From: an uncultured Flavobacteriales bacterium
GTDB lineage: Bacteria; Bacteroidota; Bacteroidia; Flavobacteriales_D; Crocinitomicaceae
Length of the DNA: 64,000 nucleotides
NCBI GenBank assembly: GCA_903823565.1
Contig: CAIJTF010000116.1
Span: 4,690-68,689, forward strand
Reading direction: 5' to 3'
Shown here: in pieces, positions 1 to 11,982 of the stretch
How positions within the stretch are numbered: position 1 is the stretch's first letter
How the letters are laid out: every line of letters starts with the position of its first letter
The notes under the pieces: generated by a model
What the model was told of the DNA's origin: nothing
Database searches by the model: none
What the model saw: only the letters and a program-made list of their open reading frames with translations
Made by a program: the position numbers and the translations under genes

Positions 1-854
1 TGGTCCGTAAGGCCGGTTTGTTTGGATTCATAACGAATCTATTGCTTGCGGTTCTCAAAGCCATAGCAGGAGTAGTTGGAAATTCCGCTGCACTTTTAGC
101 CGATGCGATAGAATCCACTGCAGATGTAATATCTTCCTTCCTCTTATTCATAGGACTGCGCTTTGCCCAAAAACCTCCCGATGAGGATCATCCCTATGGG
201 CACGGACGCTTGGAGCCTTTGATTACTTTTTTTATCGTCTTAATGCTCCTACTTTCTGCAGCATTCATTACCTGGCAGGCTATAATTGACTTAAAAAAAC
301 CGCAAGACCCACCAGCTGCTTGGACCATAGCCGTTTTAGTAGGTATAATTGTTTGGAAAGAATCGGTTTACCGGTACATGGTAGCCAAAGCAAGGAAAAT
401 CGGAAGCGCAGTGTTGCGCGCCGAGGCTTGGCACCACAGGAGCGATGCATTAACTTCGGTAACGGCGTGCATTGGCATTGCTTTGGCGGTATTTTTAGGT
501 AAGGGTTTTGAATATGCCGATGAATGGGCTGCCTTGTTTGCCGCTGGCGTTATAGCCTTCAATGCCTACCGTATTCTTACGCCGGCATTTCGTGAGATGA
601 TGGATGAAAACCAATACCATGAATTGGTAATCCACATACATGAAATAAGCGATAAGGTAGAAGGCGTTGAAAATATTGAGAAATGTTATGTAAGAAAGAT
701 TGGCATGTATTATCAAGTTGATTTACATGCTCGAGTCCAAGGAGAATTGTCGGTGCGAGAAGGACACCACATCGCCCATCGCCTTAAAGATGCTATTGTC
801 GAGGCAAACCCTGTCATACGAAACGTTCACATTCATGTGGAGCCTGTTGATTAA
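1..854 (+). CDS. Cation diffusion facilitator (CDF) family metal-efflux transporter; 5' end cut by window edge
   Basis: The frame is open from base 3: VRKAGLFGF precedes the TTG at 18 that the ORF track uses as start. The N-terminal half is TM-rich, with GNSAALLADAIESTADV and DEDHPYGHGR motifs. The C-terminal cytoplasmic domain ends HIHVEPVD. Both are typical of FieF/CzcD-type CDF proteins. Confidence 0.8.
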   Translation, partial: VRKAGLFGFITNLLLAVLKAIAGVVGNSAALLADAIESTADVISSFLLFIGLRFAQKPPDEDHPYGHGRLEPLITFFIVLMLLLSAAFITWQAIIDLKKPQDPPAAWTIAVLVGIIVWKESVYRYMVAKARKIGSAVLRAEAWHHRSDALTSVTACIGIALAVFLGKGFEYADEWAALFAAGVIAFNAYRILTPAFREMMDENQYHELVIHIHEISDKVEGVENIEKCYVRKIGMYYQVDLHARVQGELSVREGHHIAHRLKDAIVEANPVIRNVHIHVEPVD

Positions 855-903
855 GAACTTAGGTCGAAAAGTAAATTATTTCAAAGTTTTTTAGGATTTT
901 CTA

Positions 904-933
904 TTGCGTAATTAATTAAACCTCGTATCTTTG
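904..933 (+). promoter_or_regulatory. Putative Bacteroidota-type promoter of the ribosomal cluster
   Basis: TTG at 904-906 and TATCTTTG at 926-933 (matches the TAnnTTTG -7 consensus), with a 19-nt spacer. It lies about 55 nt upstream of the rpsL ATG. Confidence 0.4.
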
Positions 934-988
934 CACCCCTCAAAGAGCGTTTGAGATTATTTTATATTGTTTAATTAAGAGTATTTTT

Positions 989-1366
989 ATGCCAACTATT
1001 CAACAGTTAGTTCGCAAAGGAAGAACGGCGGTAGTCAAGAAAAGTAAGTCTGCTGCACTTGATTCATGTCCTCAACGAAAAGGGGTTTGTGTTCGGGTTT
1101 ATACGACCACACCCAAAAAACCAAATTCAGCCATGCGAAAAGTGGCAAGGGTTCGTTTGACCAACGGTCGCGAAGTCAATGCCTATATAGGAGGAGAAGG
1201 CCACAACCTTCAAGAACACTCCTTAGTACTCGTTCGTGGGGGTAGGGTCAAAGACCTTCCCGGCGTTCGATATCACATTGTTCGCGGTGCAGAAGACACC
1301 GCCGGTGTTCAAGGAAGATCACAGCGTCGTTCGAAATACGGAACGAAAAAACCGAAGCAGAAATAA
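989..1366 (+). CDS. rpsL: 30S ribosomal protein S12
   Basis: 125 aa, [12 protein letters not shown]...[15 protein letters not shown]...; unmistakable S12 sequence; first gene of the str operon. Confidence 0.97.
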   Translation: MPTIQQLVRKGRTAVVKKSKSAALDSCPQRKGVCVRVYTTTPKKPNSAMRKVARVRLTNGREVNAYIGGEGHNLQEHSLVLVRGGRVKDLPGVRYHIVRGAEDTAGVQGRSQRRSKYGTKKPKQK

Positions 1367-1398
1367 TTCATTTATCATTCAGCGATAATTTTTAAGCG

Positions 1399-1869
1399 AT
1401 GAGAAGAAGAAAAGCAAAAAAAATTGCCATCCTGCCAGATCCGAAGTTTAACGAGCAGGTTGTAACCAAGTTCGTAAACAACTTAATGTACTCTGGTAAG
1501 AAAAGTTTGGCCTTTAAAATATTTTATGAAGCCATCGAACTGGTGGATAAGAAAGTAGAAGAAACCAATGGTTTAGAGGTTTGGAAAAAGGCATTGGAAA
1601 ATGTTACTCCGAGCGTTGAGGTTCGTAGCCGAAGGGTTGGAGGTGCTACCTTTCAAATTCCTACTCCCGTTCGTGAAGAGCGTAAGTCATCTTTGGCCAT
1701 GAAGTGGTTGATCGGTTATGCAAGAAAGCGAAACGAAAAAACCATGTCGCAGAAGTTAGCGGCTGAAATTATTGCGGCGTCCAAAGAAGAAGGTGCTGCT
1801 TTCAAAAAGAAAGAAGACACCATCCGAATGGCAGAAGCAAACAAAGCATTTTCACATTTTAGATTCTAA
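1399..1869 (+). CDS. rpsG: 30S ribosomal protein S7
   Basis: 156 aa, [17 protein letters not shown]...[16 protein letters not shown]; S7 signature; follows rpsL. Confidence 0.97.
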   Translation: MRRRKAKKIAILPDPKFNEQVVTKFVNNLMYSGKKSLAFKIFYEAIELVDKKVEETNGLEVWKKALENVTPSVEVRSRRVGGATFQIPTPVREERKSSLAMKWLIGYARKRNEKTMSQKLAAEIIAASKEEGAAFKKKEDTIRMAEANKAFSHFRF

Positions 1870-1872
1870 GCA

Positions 1873-3978
1873 ATGGCAAGAGACCTTAAGTACACGAGAA
1901 ACATTGGGATTGCAGCCCACATCGATGCGGGTAAAACCACAACGACAGAGCGTATCTTATTTTACGGTGGTGTTAACCACAAAATCGGTGAGGTGCATGA
2001 TGGTGCAGCGACCATGGACTGGATGGAACAAGAGCAGGAGCGAGGTATTACCATCACTTCAGCTGCTACAACATTAACTTGGAACTACCGTGGTACGCCT
2101 TACCATGTTAATATTATTGATACCCCAGGACACGTTGATTTTACGGTTGAGGTAAACCGTTCGCTTCGCGTATTGGACGGATTGGTTTTCTTATTCTCCG
2201 CTGTTGATGGAGTAGAACCTCAGTCTGAAACGAACTGGCGTTTGGCAAACAACTACAACGTTCCTCGAATCGGATTTGTAAACAAAATGGACCGTCAAGG
2301 GGCAGACTTTTTAAAAGTTTGTAAGCAAGTTAAAGACATGCTTGGAAGTCATGCCCTGCCGCTTCAAATTAACATCGGGGAAGAAGATAATTTCAAAGGG
2401 GTTGTGGATTTAATCAACTTCAGAGGAATTGTTTGGAACGAAGATGATTTTGGAATGACGTTCAAGGAAGTTGAAATCCCTGCAGACATCATTGATGAAG
2501 CGCGGGAATTACGAGGAAACTTGTTAGAAGCGGTGGCGGAGTTCGATGAGTCGCTCATGGAAAAATACTTCGAGGATGAAAATTCTTTAACCGAACGTGA
2601 GATTTTAGATGCCCTACGTCAAGCAACAATTTCTGGTAAAGTGGTGCCAATGATGTGTGGTTCATCGTTCAAAAATAAAGGGGTTCAAGCCATGTTGGAT
2701 ATGGTAATGGAAATTTTACCATCTCCTTTAGACATTGAGGCCATTACAGGAATAAATCCCAAAACGGATGAAGAAGTTTCAAGAAAGCCTTCGTACGATG
2801 AGCCTTTTTCGGCCTTGGCATTTAAAATTGCAACGGACCCTTTTGTAGGAAGGTTGTGTTTTACCCGAGTATATTCTGGGAAACTCGATGCTGGTTCATA
2901 TATCCTGAACACACGTTCTGAAAATAAGGAGCGTATTTCTCGAATTTTCCAAATGCACGCCAACAAGCAAAACCAAATTCCTGTTCTAGGAGCTGGTGAT
3001 ATCGGTGCTGTGGTTGGTTTTAAAGACATTAAGACAGGAGATACCCTTTGCGCTGAAAACGCACCGATAATTCTCGAGTCCATGGTTTTCCCTGATCCCG
3101 TTATTGGATTGGCGATTGAACCTAAAACACAGGCTGATACCGATCGTTTATCCATAGGATTATCCAAATTGTCGGAAGAAGATCCAACTTTCCGCGTGAA
3201 TACGGATGAAGATACTGGTCAAACCATTATCTCAGGAATGGGTGAGCTTCACTTAGAGATTATTGTTGACCGTTTGAAGCGAGAATTCAAGGTAGAGGTT
3301 AACCAAGGTGCGCCGCAAGTGGCTTACCGGGAGGCCATCGCAGGAGCAACTGAGCATCGTGAGGTATACAAAAAACAAACGGGTGGTCGAGGTAAATTTG
3401 CTGATATCCTTGTTAAAATTTCACATCAAGACAATGCTGAGAAAAAAGGTCTTGAATTTATCAATAGCATCAAAGGAGGTAACATTCCTAGAGAATTTAT
3501 TCCTTCTGTGGAAAAAGGATTTAGAGAGTCTATGAAAAATGGAGTTCTCGCCGGATTCCCACTAGAATCTATGAAGGTAGAATTAATCGATGGTTCATTT
3601 CACGCAGTCGACTCCGATTCTCTATCGTTCGAGTTGTGTGCAAAAATGGCGTATCGTGCGGCGCTTAAGTCCTGTTCTCCAATCCTGTTGGAGCCCATCA
3701 TGAAATTGGAAGTCGTTACACCAGAGGATTATTTCGGTGACGTTCAAGGTGACTTGAACCGTAGAAGAGGAATGCCTACAGGAATGGACGACCGAAATGG
3801 AGCGAAAGTACTTAAAGCAGATGTTCCGCTTTCAGAAATGTTTGGTTACGTTACTCAGTTGAGAACCATTACTTCAGGAAGAGCCACGTCATCAATGGAG
3901 TTTTCACACTATGCCGCCGCCCCTAAGAACGTTGCAGAGGATGTGATATCAAAAGCGAATGGTAAAGTTTCAGCATAA
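1873..3978 (+). CDS. fusA: Translation elongation factor G
   Basis: 701 aa. GTPase motifs [17 protein letters not shown] and NKMD, plus EF-G domains II-V. Sits in the rpsL-rpsG-fusA synteny. Confidence 0.98.
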   Translation: MARDLKYTRNIGIAAHIDAGKTTTTERILFYGGVNHKIGEVHDGAATMDWMEQEQERGITITSAATTLTWNYRGTPYHVNIIDTPGHVDFTVEVNRSLRVLDGLVFLFSAVDGVEPQSETNWRLANNYNVPRIGFVNKMDRQGADFLKVCKQVKDMLGSHALPLQINIGEEDNFKGVVDLINFRGIVWNEDDFGMTFKEVEIPADIIDEARELRGNLLEAVAEFDESLMEKYFEDENSLTEREILDALRQATISGKVVPMMCGSSFKNKGVQAMLDMVMEILPSPLDIEAITGINPKTDEEVSRKPSYDEPFSALAFKIATDPFVGRLCFTRVYSGKLDAGSYILNTRSENKERISRIFQMHANKQNQIPVLGAGDIGAVVGFKDIKTGDTLCAENAPIILESMVFPDPVIGLAIEPKTQADTDRLSIGLSKLSEEDPTFRVNTDEDTGQTIISGMGELHLEIIVDRLKREFKVEVNQGAPQVAYREAIAGATEHREVYKKQTGGRGKFADILVKISHQDNAEKKGLEFINSIKGGNIPREFIPSVEKGFRESMKNGVLAGFPLESMKVELIDGSFHAVDSDSLSFELCAKMAYRAALKSCSPILLEPIMKLEVVTPEDYFGDVQGDLNRRRGMPTGMDDRNGAKVLKADVPLSEMFGYVTQLRTITSGRATSSMEFSHYAAAPKNVAEDVISKANGKVSA

Positions 3979-3991
3979 ATATTGAAAGGAA

Positions 3992-4297
3992 ATGAGTCAG
4001 AAAATTAGAATAAAATTAAAGTCTTACGATCACAATTTAGTAGACAAGTCTGCAGAGAAAATCGTGAAGACGGTTAAGTCTACAGGTGCTGTAGTGAGTG
4101 GTCCCATTCCGTTACCAACACACAAGAGAATTTATACCGTTCTTCGGTCTCCCCACGTCAATAAAAAGGCGAGAGAACAATTCGAACTGTGCGCCTATAA
4201 AAGGCTTTTGGATATTTACAGCAGTTCTTCTAAAACCGTTGATGCGTTGATGAAGTTGGAATTGCCTAGTGGTGTAGACGTTGAAATTAAAGTATAA
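3992..4297 (+). CDS. rpsJ: 30S ribosomal protein S10
   Basis: 101 aa, [29 protein letters not shown]; S10. Confidence 0.97.
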   Translation: MSQKIRIKLKSYDHNLVDKSAEKIVKTVKSTGAVVSGPIPLPTHKRIYTVLRSPHVNKKAREQFELCAYKRLLDIYSSSSKTVDALMKLELPSGVDVEIKV

Positions 4298-4316
4298 ACA
4301 AGTTAAGTAAAAAGAC

Positions 4317-4931
4317 ATGTCAGGAATTATAGGACGAAAAATCGGAATGACTAGCATTTACAGTGCCGAGGGTAAAGCATTACCATGCACGCTTATTGAA
4401 GCTGGTCCCTGCGTAGTTACTCAAGTAAAGACCGTTGATCGTGATGGATACGATGCGGTACAGTTAGGATATGGTAATCGCAAAGAGAAAAACACCCCTA
4501 AAGCGTTAATGGGCCATTTCAAAAAAGCGAACACCGACCCTAAAGCGAAATTGGTCGAGTTCAAAGGCTTTGAAAGCGCAAATGTTGGCGACGAAATTCT
4601 GGTTACCATACTAGAAGAAGGTGAATTTGTTGATGTGACTGGAACCTCTAAAGGAAAAGGGTTCCAAGGGGTGGTACGCCGACACAACTTTGGTGGTGTT
4701 GGTCAATCTACTCACGGTCAGCACAACAGGCTCCGTGCACCGGGTTCGATTGGTGCGTGTTCCTATCCTGCGCGTGTATTCAAAGGAATGCGCATGGCCG
4801 GTCAGATGGGAAATAAAAGAAGGCTTCAAGCGAACTTACAGGTATTGAAAGTTTTAGCAGAAAGAAACATAGTAATTATTAAAGGATCCATTCCTGGTGC
4901 GAAAGGATCGTTTGTAACAATTCAGAAATAA
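4317..4931 (+). CDS. rplC: 50S ribosomal protein L3
   Basis: 204 aa, [12 protein letters not shown]...[17 protein letters not shown]; L3. Confidence 0.97.
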   Translation: MSGIIGRKIGMTSIYSAEGKALPCTLIEAGPCVVTQVKTVDRDGYDAVQLGYGNRKEKNTPKALMGHFKKANTDPKAKLVEFKGFESANVGDEILVTILEEGEFVDVTGTSKGKGFQGVVRRHNFGGVGQSTHGQHNRLRAPGSIGACSYPARVFKGMRMAGQMGNKRRLQANLQVLKVLAERNIVIIKGSIPGAKGSFVTIQK

Positions 4932-5557
4932 TGGAAGCGAAAGTATACAGCGTAAGCGGTAAAGCATCGGCAAAGAAAGCCCAGCTCTCTGAGGAGGTTT
5001 TCGGTATAGAGCCGAACAACCATGCTATCTACTTAGATGTTAAACAACATTTAGCGAACCGCAGACAGGGAACCCACAAGTCCAAGGAGCGAAATGAGGT
5101 GGCTGGATCAACAAAAAAGTTGAAAAGACAAAAAGGAACCGGTGGAGCTAGAGCAGGTAGCGCTAAGTCTGGAACGCGCGTTGGTGGTGGAAGAATTTTT
5201 GGACCAAGGCCTCGTAATTATTCGTTCAAATTGAACGTAAAATTAAAGCGACTTGCGCGAAAATCGGCATTCTCTTACCAGATGAAAAACGATTCCTTAA
5301 TGGTTCTTGAAGACGTGACAATGGATGCGATCAAAACAAAAGATTTTGTTTCTATGATTTCTGCATTATCCCTTGATAACCAAAAAGTATTACTGATTCT
5401 AGGAGATAAAAACGATGCTGTGTATTTGGCATCTAGAAACCTTAAAAAGGTAAAGGTGGTTACTGCAGATTCATTCAATACCTACGATGTGTTGAATGCA
5501 CGTAAAGTTTTGGTAACCCAAGGAGCGGTTAGCCGTATTGAAGAAATTTTAAATTAA
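4931..5557 (+). CDS. rplD: 50S ribosomal protein L4
   Basis: 208 aa; KRQKGTGGARAGS motif; TAATG overlap with rplC. Confidence 0.96.
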   Translation: MEAKVYSVSGKASAKKAQLSEEVFGIEPNNHAIYLDVKQHLANRRQGTHKSKERNEVAGSTKKLKRQKGTGGARAGSAKSGTRVGGGRIFGPRPRNYSFKLNVKLKRLARKSAFSYQMKNDSLMVLEDVTMDAIKTKDFVSMISALSLDNQKVLLILGDKNDAVYLASRNLKKVKVVTADSFNTYDVLNARKVLVTQGAVSRIEEILN

Positions 5558-5569
5558 TGTTCGGAGGTT

Positions 5570-5866
5570 ATGCAAGGAATCGTTAAAAAACCAATTATTA
5601 CGGAGAAAGCAACGTTTGCTTCCGAAGGTAGAAATGCCTTTACGTTTGAAGTAGAGCGTAAGGCCAACAAACTAGAAATTAAAAAGGCCGTCGAAAAAAT
5701 GTATGGAGTGCATGTCACTGAGGTCCGTACACAAAACTATGGCGGTGGTAAATCCTCTATGAAGTACACGAACAAAGGCATTGTTGAGCAGCGCAGCAAA
5801 CAATGGAAAAAAGCGATTGTAACCGTAGCAGATGGAGAAACCATTGATTTGTTTAACAACTATTAA
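5570..5866 (+). CDS. rplW: 50S ribosomal protein L23
   Basis: 98 aa; ..PIITEKAT...NKLEIKKAVEKMYGV.V; L23; S10-operon order. Confidence 0.95.
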   Translation: MQGIVKKPIITEKATFASEGRNAFTFEVERKANKLEIKKAVEKMYGVHVTEVRTQNYGGGKSSMKYTNKGIVEQRSKQWKKAIVTVADGETIDLFNNY

Positions 5867-5873
5867 TTGAAAG

Positions 5874-6698
5874 ATGAGCGTTAGAAAGTTTAAACCCACC
5901 ACACCTGGTCAACGGCACAAAGTAGCCCTTGATATGTCGGTTATCACGGCGGCAAAACCCGAGAAGAGCCTTGTAAAAGGCGGGGGGAAATCCGGTGGAC
6001 GTAATAACGATGGTAGGATGACCATGCGATACATTGGTGGTGGTCACAAGCAGAAATACCGTATAATTGATTTCAAACGTAACAAGTTTGATATTCCAGC
6101 AACGGTAAAATCCATTGAATACGATCCAAACCGTACCGCGAACATCGCCTTACTTTTTTATGCGGATGGTGAAAAGCGTTACATCATTGCACCGAATGGC
6201 TTGAAGGTTGGAGATACGGTTCTTTCCGGAAAATCGGCTACTCCAAACGTGGGCAATGCAATGTACCTTTCAGATGTTCCACTAGGAACCTTGATTCACA
6301 ATATAGAACTTTTACCCGGTAAAGGAGGTTCTATTGCTCGAGGAGCCGGCGCCTACGGTCAATTAAATGCCCGTGAAGGTAAATTTGCTGTGGTTAAAAT
6401 GCCTTCAGGGGAAACGCGAATGATTTTGGTTACCTGCCTTGCAACGGTAGGGGTTGTTTCCAACGGCGAACATAATTTAGAGCGTTCAGGAAAAGCAGGT
6501 CGCTCTCGATGGTTAGGCCGTCGTCCACGGGTCCGAGGGGTAGTAATGAACCCTGTGGATCACCCGATGGGAGGTGGTGAAGGTCGAAACGCTGGAGGTC
6601 ACCCAAGATCAAGAAACGGTATGCCAGCTAAAGGGTATAAGACACGATCTAAGACCAAATATTCGAATAAGTTTATCATTGAAAGAAGAAAAAAATAA
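5874..6698 (+). CDS. rplB: 50S ribosomal protein L2
   Basis: 274 aa; KPTTPGQRH..., [18 protein letters not shown]; L2. Confidence 0.97.
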   Translation: MSVRKFKPTTPGQRHKVALDMSVITAAKPEKSLVKGGGKSGGRNNDGRMTMRYIGGGHKQKYRIIDFKRNKFDIPATVKSIEYDPNRTANIALLFYADGEKRYIIAPNGLKVGDTVLSGKSATPNVGNAMYLSDVPLGTLIHNIELLPGKGGSIARGAGAYGQLNAREGKFAVVKMPSGETRMILVTCLATVGVVSNGEHNLERSGKAGRSRWLGRRPRVRGVVMNPVDHPMGGGEGRNAGGHPRSRNGMPAKGYKTRSKTKYSNKFIIERRKK

Positions 6699-6704
6699 CG
6701 TAGT

Positions 6705-6983
6705 ATGAGCCGATCCTTAAAAAAACCGCCTTTTGTTCATTACAAGTTGATGAAGCGCGTTGACGATGCACAGGCATCCAACAGCAAATCTGTCATTAAG
6801 ACATGGTCACGGGCGTCTACGATAACTCCAGATTTTGTAGGGCTTACTTTTGCCGTACACAATGGACATAAATTTATTCCTGTTTTCGTCACAGAAAACA
6901 TGGTAGGGCATAAGCTTGGTGAATTCTCCCCCACAAGAATTTTCCGCGGACATGCAGGTAATAAAAAAGATAAAAAACGATAA
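6705..6983 (+). CDS. rpsS: 30S ribosomal protein S19
   Basis: 92 aa; [11 protein letters not shown]...[24 protein letters not shown]; S19. Confidence 0.97.
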   Translation: MSRSLKKPPFVHYKLMKRVDDAQASNSKSVIKTWSRASTITPDFVGLTFAVHNGHKFIPVFVTENMVGHKLGEFSPTRIFRGHAGNKKDKKR

Positions 6984-6994
6984 GATAAAGCGTC

Positions 6995-7393
6995 ATGGGA
7001 GCTAGAAAAAGACTTAGGGCAGAAAAGTTGAAAGACGAGAAAAAACAAACGGCAATTGCGCAGTTGAACAATTCTCCAATTTCGCCAAGAAAAATGAGAA
7101 TGGTTGCGGATTTGATCCGTGGCGTTGAGGTTAACAAAGCGCTCAATATCCTTACACACCAATCTAAATTTGCATCCGTTGGATTAGAAAAGTTACTCCG
7201 TTCAGCGATTTCCAACTGGGAACAGAAGAACGAGGGAAAAGATGTGAGTGAAGAGAAGCTAGTGGTTAAGTCCATTGAAGTAGCCGGAGGATCCATGTTG
7301 AAGCGCATTCAGCCTGCTCCGCAAGGACGTGCACACAGAATTAGAAAAAGATCAAACAATGTTACAATCATCGTTGATGGTGTAAATTCATAA
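6995..7393 (+). CDS. rplV: 50S ribosomal protein L22
   Basis: 132 aa; [20 protein letters not shown]; L22; operon position. Confidence 0.95.
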   Translation: MGARKRLRAEKLKDEKKQTAIAQLNNSPISPRKMRMVADLIRGVEVNKALNILTHQSKFASVGLEKLLRSAISNWEQKNEGKDVSEEKLVVKSIEVAGGSMLKRIQPAPQGRAHRIRKRSNNVTIIVDGVNS

Positions 7394-7397
7394 GAAT

Positions 7398-8111
7398 ATG
7401 GGACAAAAAACAAATCCAATTGGAAACAGATTAGGTTACATCCACGGATGGGAATCAAATTGGTATGGTGGTAGAGATTACCGAGATAAAATTGTAGAGG
7501 ACGATCAAATTCGCAAGTACCTTAACGCGCGACTGGCCAAGGCAAGTATTGCGAAAATTATCATTGAGCGTACCTTCAAACTGGTTACGGTAACGATCAA
7601 TACGGCTCGTCCTGGTGTAATCATCGGAAAAGGTGGACAAGAGGTCGACAAGCTCAAGGAAGAGTTAAAGAAATTGACCAAAAAGGAAATCCAGATTAAC
7701 ATTTTCGAGGTTAAACGACCAGAATTGGATGCGCGACTAGTTGCGGATGCAGTGGCTCGTCAATTAGAGGCACGTATTTCCTTCCGAAGAGCGATTAAAA
7801 TGGCCATTGCAGGAACGATGCGTCTGGGAGCCGAAGGAATTAAAATAAAAATTTCCGGTCGTTTAAATGGTGCGGAAATGGCGCGCTCCGAAATGTATAA
7901 GGACGGAAGAACACCGCTTCATACGTTCAGAGCGGATATCGATTATGCCGTTTCTGAAGCTCATACTACATACGGACGTTTGGGTATCAAGGTATGGATT
8001 TGTAGAGGTGAGGTTTACGGTAAGCGTGATTTATCCCCGAACATAGCTCCTTCTGCTAGCAATGCAAATTCAGGAGGCGGTTCTATGGCAGCGAAAAGAA
8101 AGAAAAAGTAA
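7398..8111 (+). CDS. rpsC: 30S ribosomal protein S3
   Basis: 237 aa; [13 protein letters not shown]..., KH domain, [10 protein letters not shown]; S3. Confidence 0.97.
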   Translation: MGQKTNPIGNRLGYIHGWESNWYGGRDYRDKIVEDDQIRKYLNARLAKASIAKIIIERTFKLVTVTINTARPGVIIGKGGQEVDKLKEELKKLTKKEIQINIFEVKRPELDARLVADAVARQLEARISFRRAIKMAIAGTMRLGAEGIKIKISGRLNGAEMARSEMYKDGRTPLHTFRADIDYAVSEAHTTYGRLGIKVWICRGEVYGKRDLSPNIAPSASNANSGGGSMAAKRKKK

Positions 8112-8132
8112 TTGGTATAAATAAGCAATCAG

Positions 8133-8558
8133 ATGTTACAACCAAAAAGAACAAAATTTAGAAGAGTACAGAAAGGGAGAAACCGCGGTTTAGCCCATAG
8201 AGGATCTTCCATTGCCTTTGGATCCTTTGGATTGAAGACTTTGGAGCCCGGTTGGATTACCTCTAGACAAATCGAAGCTTCTCGTATCGCGGTAACGCGT
8301 TACATGAAAAGGGAAGGGAAGGTTTGGATTCGAATATTCCCTGACAAACCAGTAACGGCGAAGCCTGCAGAAGTACGGATGGGTAAAGGTAAAGGTGCGC
8401 CAAGCCATTGGGTAGCTGTGGTTCGACCCGGTAGAATTATGTTTGAAGCAGACGGTGTTCCCTATGATATCGCAAAAGAAGCGATGCGACTTGCCGCTCA
8501 AAAACTACCTGTTAAATGTAAGTTCGTGGTAAGAAACGATTATGTTATACCTGCTTAA
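8133..8558 (+). CDS. rplP: 50S ribosomal protein L16
   Basis: 141 aa; [15 protein letters not shown]...RMGKGKG; L16. Confidence 0.97.
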   Translation: MLQPKRTKFRRVQKGRNRGLAHRGSSIAFGSFGLKTLEPGWITSRQIEASRIAVTRYMKREGKVWIRIFPDKPVTAKPAEVRMGKGKGAPSHWVAVVRPGRIMFEADGVPYDIAKEAMRLAAQKLPVKCKFVVRNDYVIPA

Positions 8559-8567
8559 TACTTAAAA

Positions 8568-8762
8568 ATGAAAAAACAAGACGTTTCAAAATTATCGCAC
8601 GAGGATCTTGCAAACAAGTTGCAAGAGTTGAAAGGGCAGATGGTGACCTTAAAGCTAACGCACAAAATGGCACCCATAGAAAACCCCATGCGAATTAGAA
8701 GTTTGAGAAAAATGATTGCTCAATACAGTACCGAATTAACGAAAAGAAACAGCGCTGTTTAG
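8568..8762 (+). CDS. rpmC: 50S ribosomal protein L29
   Basis: 64 aa; position between rplP and rpsQ; helical, basic; L29-like LKEL...LRKMIAQ. Confidence 0.9.
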   Translation: MKKQDVSKLSHEDLANKLQELKGQMVTLKLTHKMAPIENPMRIRSLRKMIAQYSTELTKRNSAV

Positions 8763-8785
8763 TGCTAAAATTATAGAGGCTTAAC

Positions 8786-9043
8786 ATGGAAAAGCGAAAT
8801 TTAAGAAAAGAAAGAATCGGCATCGTCACCAGCGACAAAATGGACAAGTCTGTGGTTGTTGCGGTTGAGCGTAAGAAGAAACACCCGAAGTATGGAAAGT
8901 TTGTGAAAACGACGACCAAGTTTGTGGCACACGATGAAAAGAACGAAAGCCATATTGGTGATACCGTTAAAATTATGGAAACGCGCCCCCTAAGCAAAAC
9001 GAAAAATTGGCGCATGGTAGAAATTGTTGAAAGAGCGAAATAA
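8786..9043 (+). CDS. rpsQ: 30S ribosomal protein S17
   Basis: 85 aa; [29 protein letters not shown]; S17. Confidence 0.96.
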   Translation: MEKRNLRKERIGIVTSDKMDKSVVVAVERKKKHPKYGKFVKTTTKFVAHDEKNESHIGDTVKIMETRPLSKTKNWRMVEIVERAK

Positions 9044-9051
9044 CCTGAGAA

Positions 9052-9420
9052 ATGATACAAACTGAATCAAGACTTTCCGTTGCGGATAACTCCGGTGCTA
9101 AAGAAGTACTATGCATAAGAGTTTTAGGTGGAACACGAAGAAGATACGCCTCCGTGGGTGATAAAATTGTTGTTGCTGTAAAGAGTGCAATGCCAACCGG
9201 TGCTGTGAAAAAAGGTTCCGTGGCTACAGCGGTTGTTGTTCGGACGAAAAAAGAAATTCGTCGAGGAGACGGTTCTTACATCCGATTCGATGACAACGCG
9301 TGTGTTATTTTGAACCAGGCAGGTGAAATGAGAGGCACGCGGATTTTCGGGCCAGTTGCACGAGAGTTACGGGAAAACAACTATATGAAAATTGTATCAC
9401 TTGCACCTGAGGTGTTATAA
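9052..9420 (+). CDS. rplN: 50S ribosomal protein L14
   Basis: 122 aa; [26 protein letters not shown]; L14. Confidence 0.97.
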   Translation: MIQTESRLSVADNSGAKEVLCIRVLGGTRRRYASVGDKIVVAVKSAMPTGAVKKGSVATAVVVRTKKEIRRGDGSYIRFDDNACVILNQAGEMRGTRIFGPVARELRENNYMKIVSLAPEVL

Positions 9421-9431
9421 TACATGGAATT

Positions 9432-9749
9432 ATGCAAACGAAATTAAAAATAAAAGTAGGCGACCTTGTTAAGGTAATTAGCGGCGACTCGAAAGGACAA
9501 GAAGGAAAAATCACGTCCATTAACCGCGCTAAAATGAGAGCTACTGTAGAAGGGGTTAATATGGTAAAACGCCATACAAAACCAAGTGCTTCCAACCCAC
9601 AGGGAGGAATAGAAGAAAAAGAAGGAACCATACACGTTTCTAACTTAATGGTAGTTACGTCTGGCGTTGCATCCCGAGTGGGAAGAAAAGCCGATGACAA
9701 AGGTAAATTAGTACGTTTTTCAAAGAAATCAGGGGAGGTGATTAAATAA
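9432..9749 (+). CDS. rplX: 50S ribosomal protein L24
   Basis: 105 aa; [20 protein letters not shown] (KOW motif); L24. Confidence 0.95.
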   Translation: MQTKLKIKVGDLVKVISGDSKGQEGKITSINRAKMRATVEGVNMVKRHTKPSASNPQGGIEEKEGTIHVSNLMVVTSGVASRVGRKADDKGKLVRFSKKSGEVIK

Positions 9750-10300
9750 TGAGCTATACACCACGACTTAAAGAACAATATAAATCGGTGATCATTAAAG
9801 ATCTAACCGAGAAGTTTGGATACAAATCCATCATGCGCGTTCCTAAATTGACAAAAATTGTTTTGAGTCAAGGAATGGGGGATGCTGTGGCGGACAAAAA
9901 ACTTATCGAAAGTGCTGCTGCTGATCTTTCGCGCATTGCAGGACAAAAAGCAATCACTACGGAATCGAAAAAAGATATTTCGAATTTCAAACTTCGAAAA
10001 GGAATGCCCATCGGAACCAAAGTAACCTTGAGAGGAGATCGCATGTATGATTTTCTTGATCGTTTATTGGCGGTTTCCTTACCGAGAACCCGAGATTTTA
10101 GAGGAATTAATCCAAAAGGATTCGATGGTCGAGGCAATTTCAACCTTGGAATTAAAGAACATATCATTTTCCCGGAAATTGATATCGATAAAGTAAATAA
10201 AATATTAGGAATGGACATCACCTTTGTGACTACTGCGCACAGCGATGAAGAGGCAAAAGCCTTGTTGGATGCCTTCGGATTTCCATTCATAAAAAAATAA
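9749..10300 (+). CDS. rplE: 50S ribosomal protein L5
   Basis: 183 aa; PRLKEQY......[15 protein letters not shown]; L5; TAATG overlap with rplX. Confidence 0.97.
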   Translation: MSYTPRLKEQYKSVIIKDLTEKFGYKSIMRVPKLTKIVLSQGMGDAVADKKLIESAAADLSRIAGQKAITTESKKDISNFKLRKGMPIGTKVTLRGDRMYDFLDRLLAVSLPRTRDFRGINPKGFDGRGNFNLGIKEHIIFPEIDIDKVNKILGMDITFVTTAHSDEEAKALLDAFGFPFIKK

Positions 10301-10308
10301 GTTAAGAA

Positions 10309-10623
10309 ATGGCAAAAGAATCGATGAAAGCGCGCGAGCGCAAAAGAGAACGGATGGTAGCGCGATATGCGAGCAAAAGAGCTGAGCTTACCAAGGTTTT
10401 AAAGTCTACCTCCTCAGACGAAGATGTCGTTAACCAGAAGTGGGATGCGATGATGGCATTGCAAAAAATGCCTGTAAACGGTGCTAAGGTACGTTTGCAC
10501 AACCGCTGTGGGTTAACGGGAAGACCCAGAGGATACATGCGCCATTTTGGAATCTCGAGGGTAACCTTCCGAGAAATGGCCCTATCGGGTAAAATCCCAG
10601 GAGTAAAGAAAGCAAGTTGGTAA
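10309..10623 (+). CDS. rpsN: 30S ribosomal protein S14 (long form, no zinc ribbon)
   Basis: 104 aa; [12 protein letters not shown]....[29 protein letters not shown]; only one Cys, so no CxxC pairs. Confidence 0.95.
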   Translation: MAKESMKARERKRERMVARYASKRAELTKVLKSTSSDEDVVNQKWDAMMALQKMPVNGAKVRLHNRCGLTGRPRGYMRHFGISRVTFREMALSGKIPGVKKASW

Positions 10624-10645
10624 TTACTATAATAGAAGAAAAAAA

Positions 10646-11044
10646 ATGACAACAGATCCAATCGCTGATTTTTTAACGCGAATCCGAAATGCAAGCGCAG
10701 CCGGATTGAAAATGGTTGAAATTCCAGGTTCTAATACCAAGCGTGCCATGACCCAAATCTTGTTTGATCAAGGGTATATTTTAAACTATAAGTTTGAAGA
10801 CGATGACAAGCAAGGTATCATCAAGATTGCATTGAAATATAACATCTCAACGCGTGTTCCTGCCATTACCAAACTCCAGAGAATTTCCAAACCTGGTTTG
10901 CGTAAATACGCGGGTTCCGACGAATTACCTCGGGTATTGAATGGTCTTGGTATCGCCATTGTTTCTACCTCCAAAGGCGTTATAACCGACAAAGAGGCAC
11001 GGAAACTAAATGTAGGTGGAGAAGTTTTGTGTTACGTATATTAA
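10646..11044 (+). CDS. rpsH: 30S ribosomal protein S8
   Basis: 132 aa; [14 protein letters not shown]......GGEVLCYVY; S8. Confidence 0.97.
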   Translation: MTTDPIADFLTRIRNASAAGLKMVEIPGSNTKRAMTQILFDQGYILNYKFEDDDKQGIIKIALKYNISTRVPAITKLQRISKPGLRKYAGSDELPRVLNGLGIAIVSTSKGVITDKEARKLNVGGEVLCYVY

Positions 11045-11053
11045 AAATTGAAT

Positions 11054-11611
11054 ATGTCAAGAATTGGTAAAGCACCCATAACTATTCCTGCAGGCGTTGA
11101 ATACGCGTTGCAAGGAAACGTAGTTACGGTGAAAGGAAAGAAAGGTGAATTGTCTCAAGAAATCGATTTATCTAGCGTTTCGTTGCACCTCGAAGATAAT
11201 GTCCTAACGATCACAAGAGCTTCGGACGCACCCGATCACCGCTCAAAACACGGTTTGTACCGCGCGTTGATCTATAACATGATGGTTGGGGTAAACGAAG
11301 GTTTCAAAAAGGAAATGGAAATTGTTGGGGTAGGTTACCGCGCAAATGCAAACGGTCAATTGTTAGAATTAGCCCTTGGTTTTTCCCATCAAATTGTGTT
11401 TGAAATTCCGAGCGAGGTTAAATGCACAACGGTTACGGAAAAAGGAAAAGCCCCTGTGGTTACCTTGGAGTCCTATGATAAACAACTACTTGGAGCCGTT
11501 GCAGCCAAAATTAGAAGCTTTAGAAAACCTGAACCATACAAAGGAAAAGGAATCAAGTTCGTTGGAGAAGAAATTAGAAGAAAAGCTGGTAAATCAGCAG
11601 GTAAAAAATAA
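11054..11611 (+). CDS. rplF: 50S ribosomal protein L6
   Basis: [12 protein letters not shown]...; L6. I start at the ATG at 11054 rather than the TTG at 11048 used by the ORF track. Confidence 0.95.
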   Translation: MSRIGKAPITIPAGVEYALQGNVVTVKGKKGELSQEIDLSSVSLHLEDNVLTITRASDAPDHRSKHGLYRALIYNMMVGVNEGFKKEMEIVGVGYRANANGQLLELALGFSHQIVFEIPSEVKCTTVTEKGKAPVVTLESYDKQLLGAVAAKIRSFRKPEPYKGKGIKFVGEEIRRKAGKSAGKK

Positions 11612-11622
11612 TAGGTAAAGTC

Positions 11623-11976
11623 ATGGCACTAAACAAAGTTTTAAGAAGAGCGAAAATTAAGCGGAGAATTAGAAAAAAAGTTTTTGGTACCACAGCGGTT
11701 CCAAGGTTGTCTGTTTTTCGAAGCAATAAGCAGATTTATGCTCAGATTATTGATGATACAACAGGAAAGACCTTAGCTTCTGCCGGTTCCATTAAAAATG
11801 ATGCTGCACAGAAAGTAGCCAAAAAAGAACAGGCGTCTATAGTCGGTAAGTTGATCGCTGAAAATGCTACCAAAGCTGGCGTTCAAACGGTTGTGTTCGA
11901 TAGAAATGGTTACTTGTACCACGGAAGAGTAAAATCGCTAGCTGATTCTGCTCGTGAAGGAGGTCTTAAATTTTAA
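11623..11976 (+). CDS. rplR: 50S ribosomal protein L18
   Basis: 117 aa; [23 protein letters not shown]...[23 protein letters not shown]; L18. Confidence 0.96.
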   Translation: MALNKVLRRAKIKRRIRKKVFGTTAVPRLSVFRSNKQIYAQIIDDTTGKTLASAGSIKNDAAQKVAKKEQASIVGKLIAENATKAGVQTVVFDRNGYLYHGRVKSLADSAREGGLKF

Positions 11977-11982
11977 CAAAGC

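Noticed and set aside
2685-3167. 160-aa minus-strand ORF inside fusA. Similar long antisense or off-frame ORFs occur at 1772-2077, 6740-7308, 8190-8501, 8695-9060, 9305-9778, 9868-10290 and 10302-10694.
   Set aside because: They lie entirely within highly conserved ribosomal or EF-G genes on the other strand or frame. Their composition is low-complexity with no recognisable motifs. These are typical shadow ORFs.
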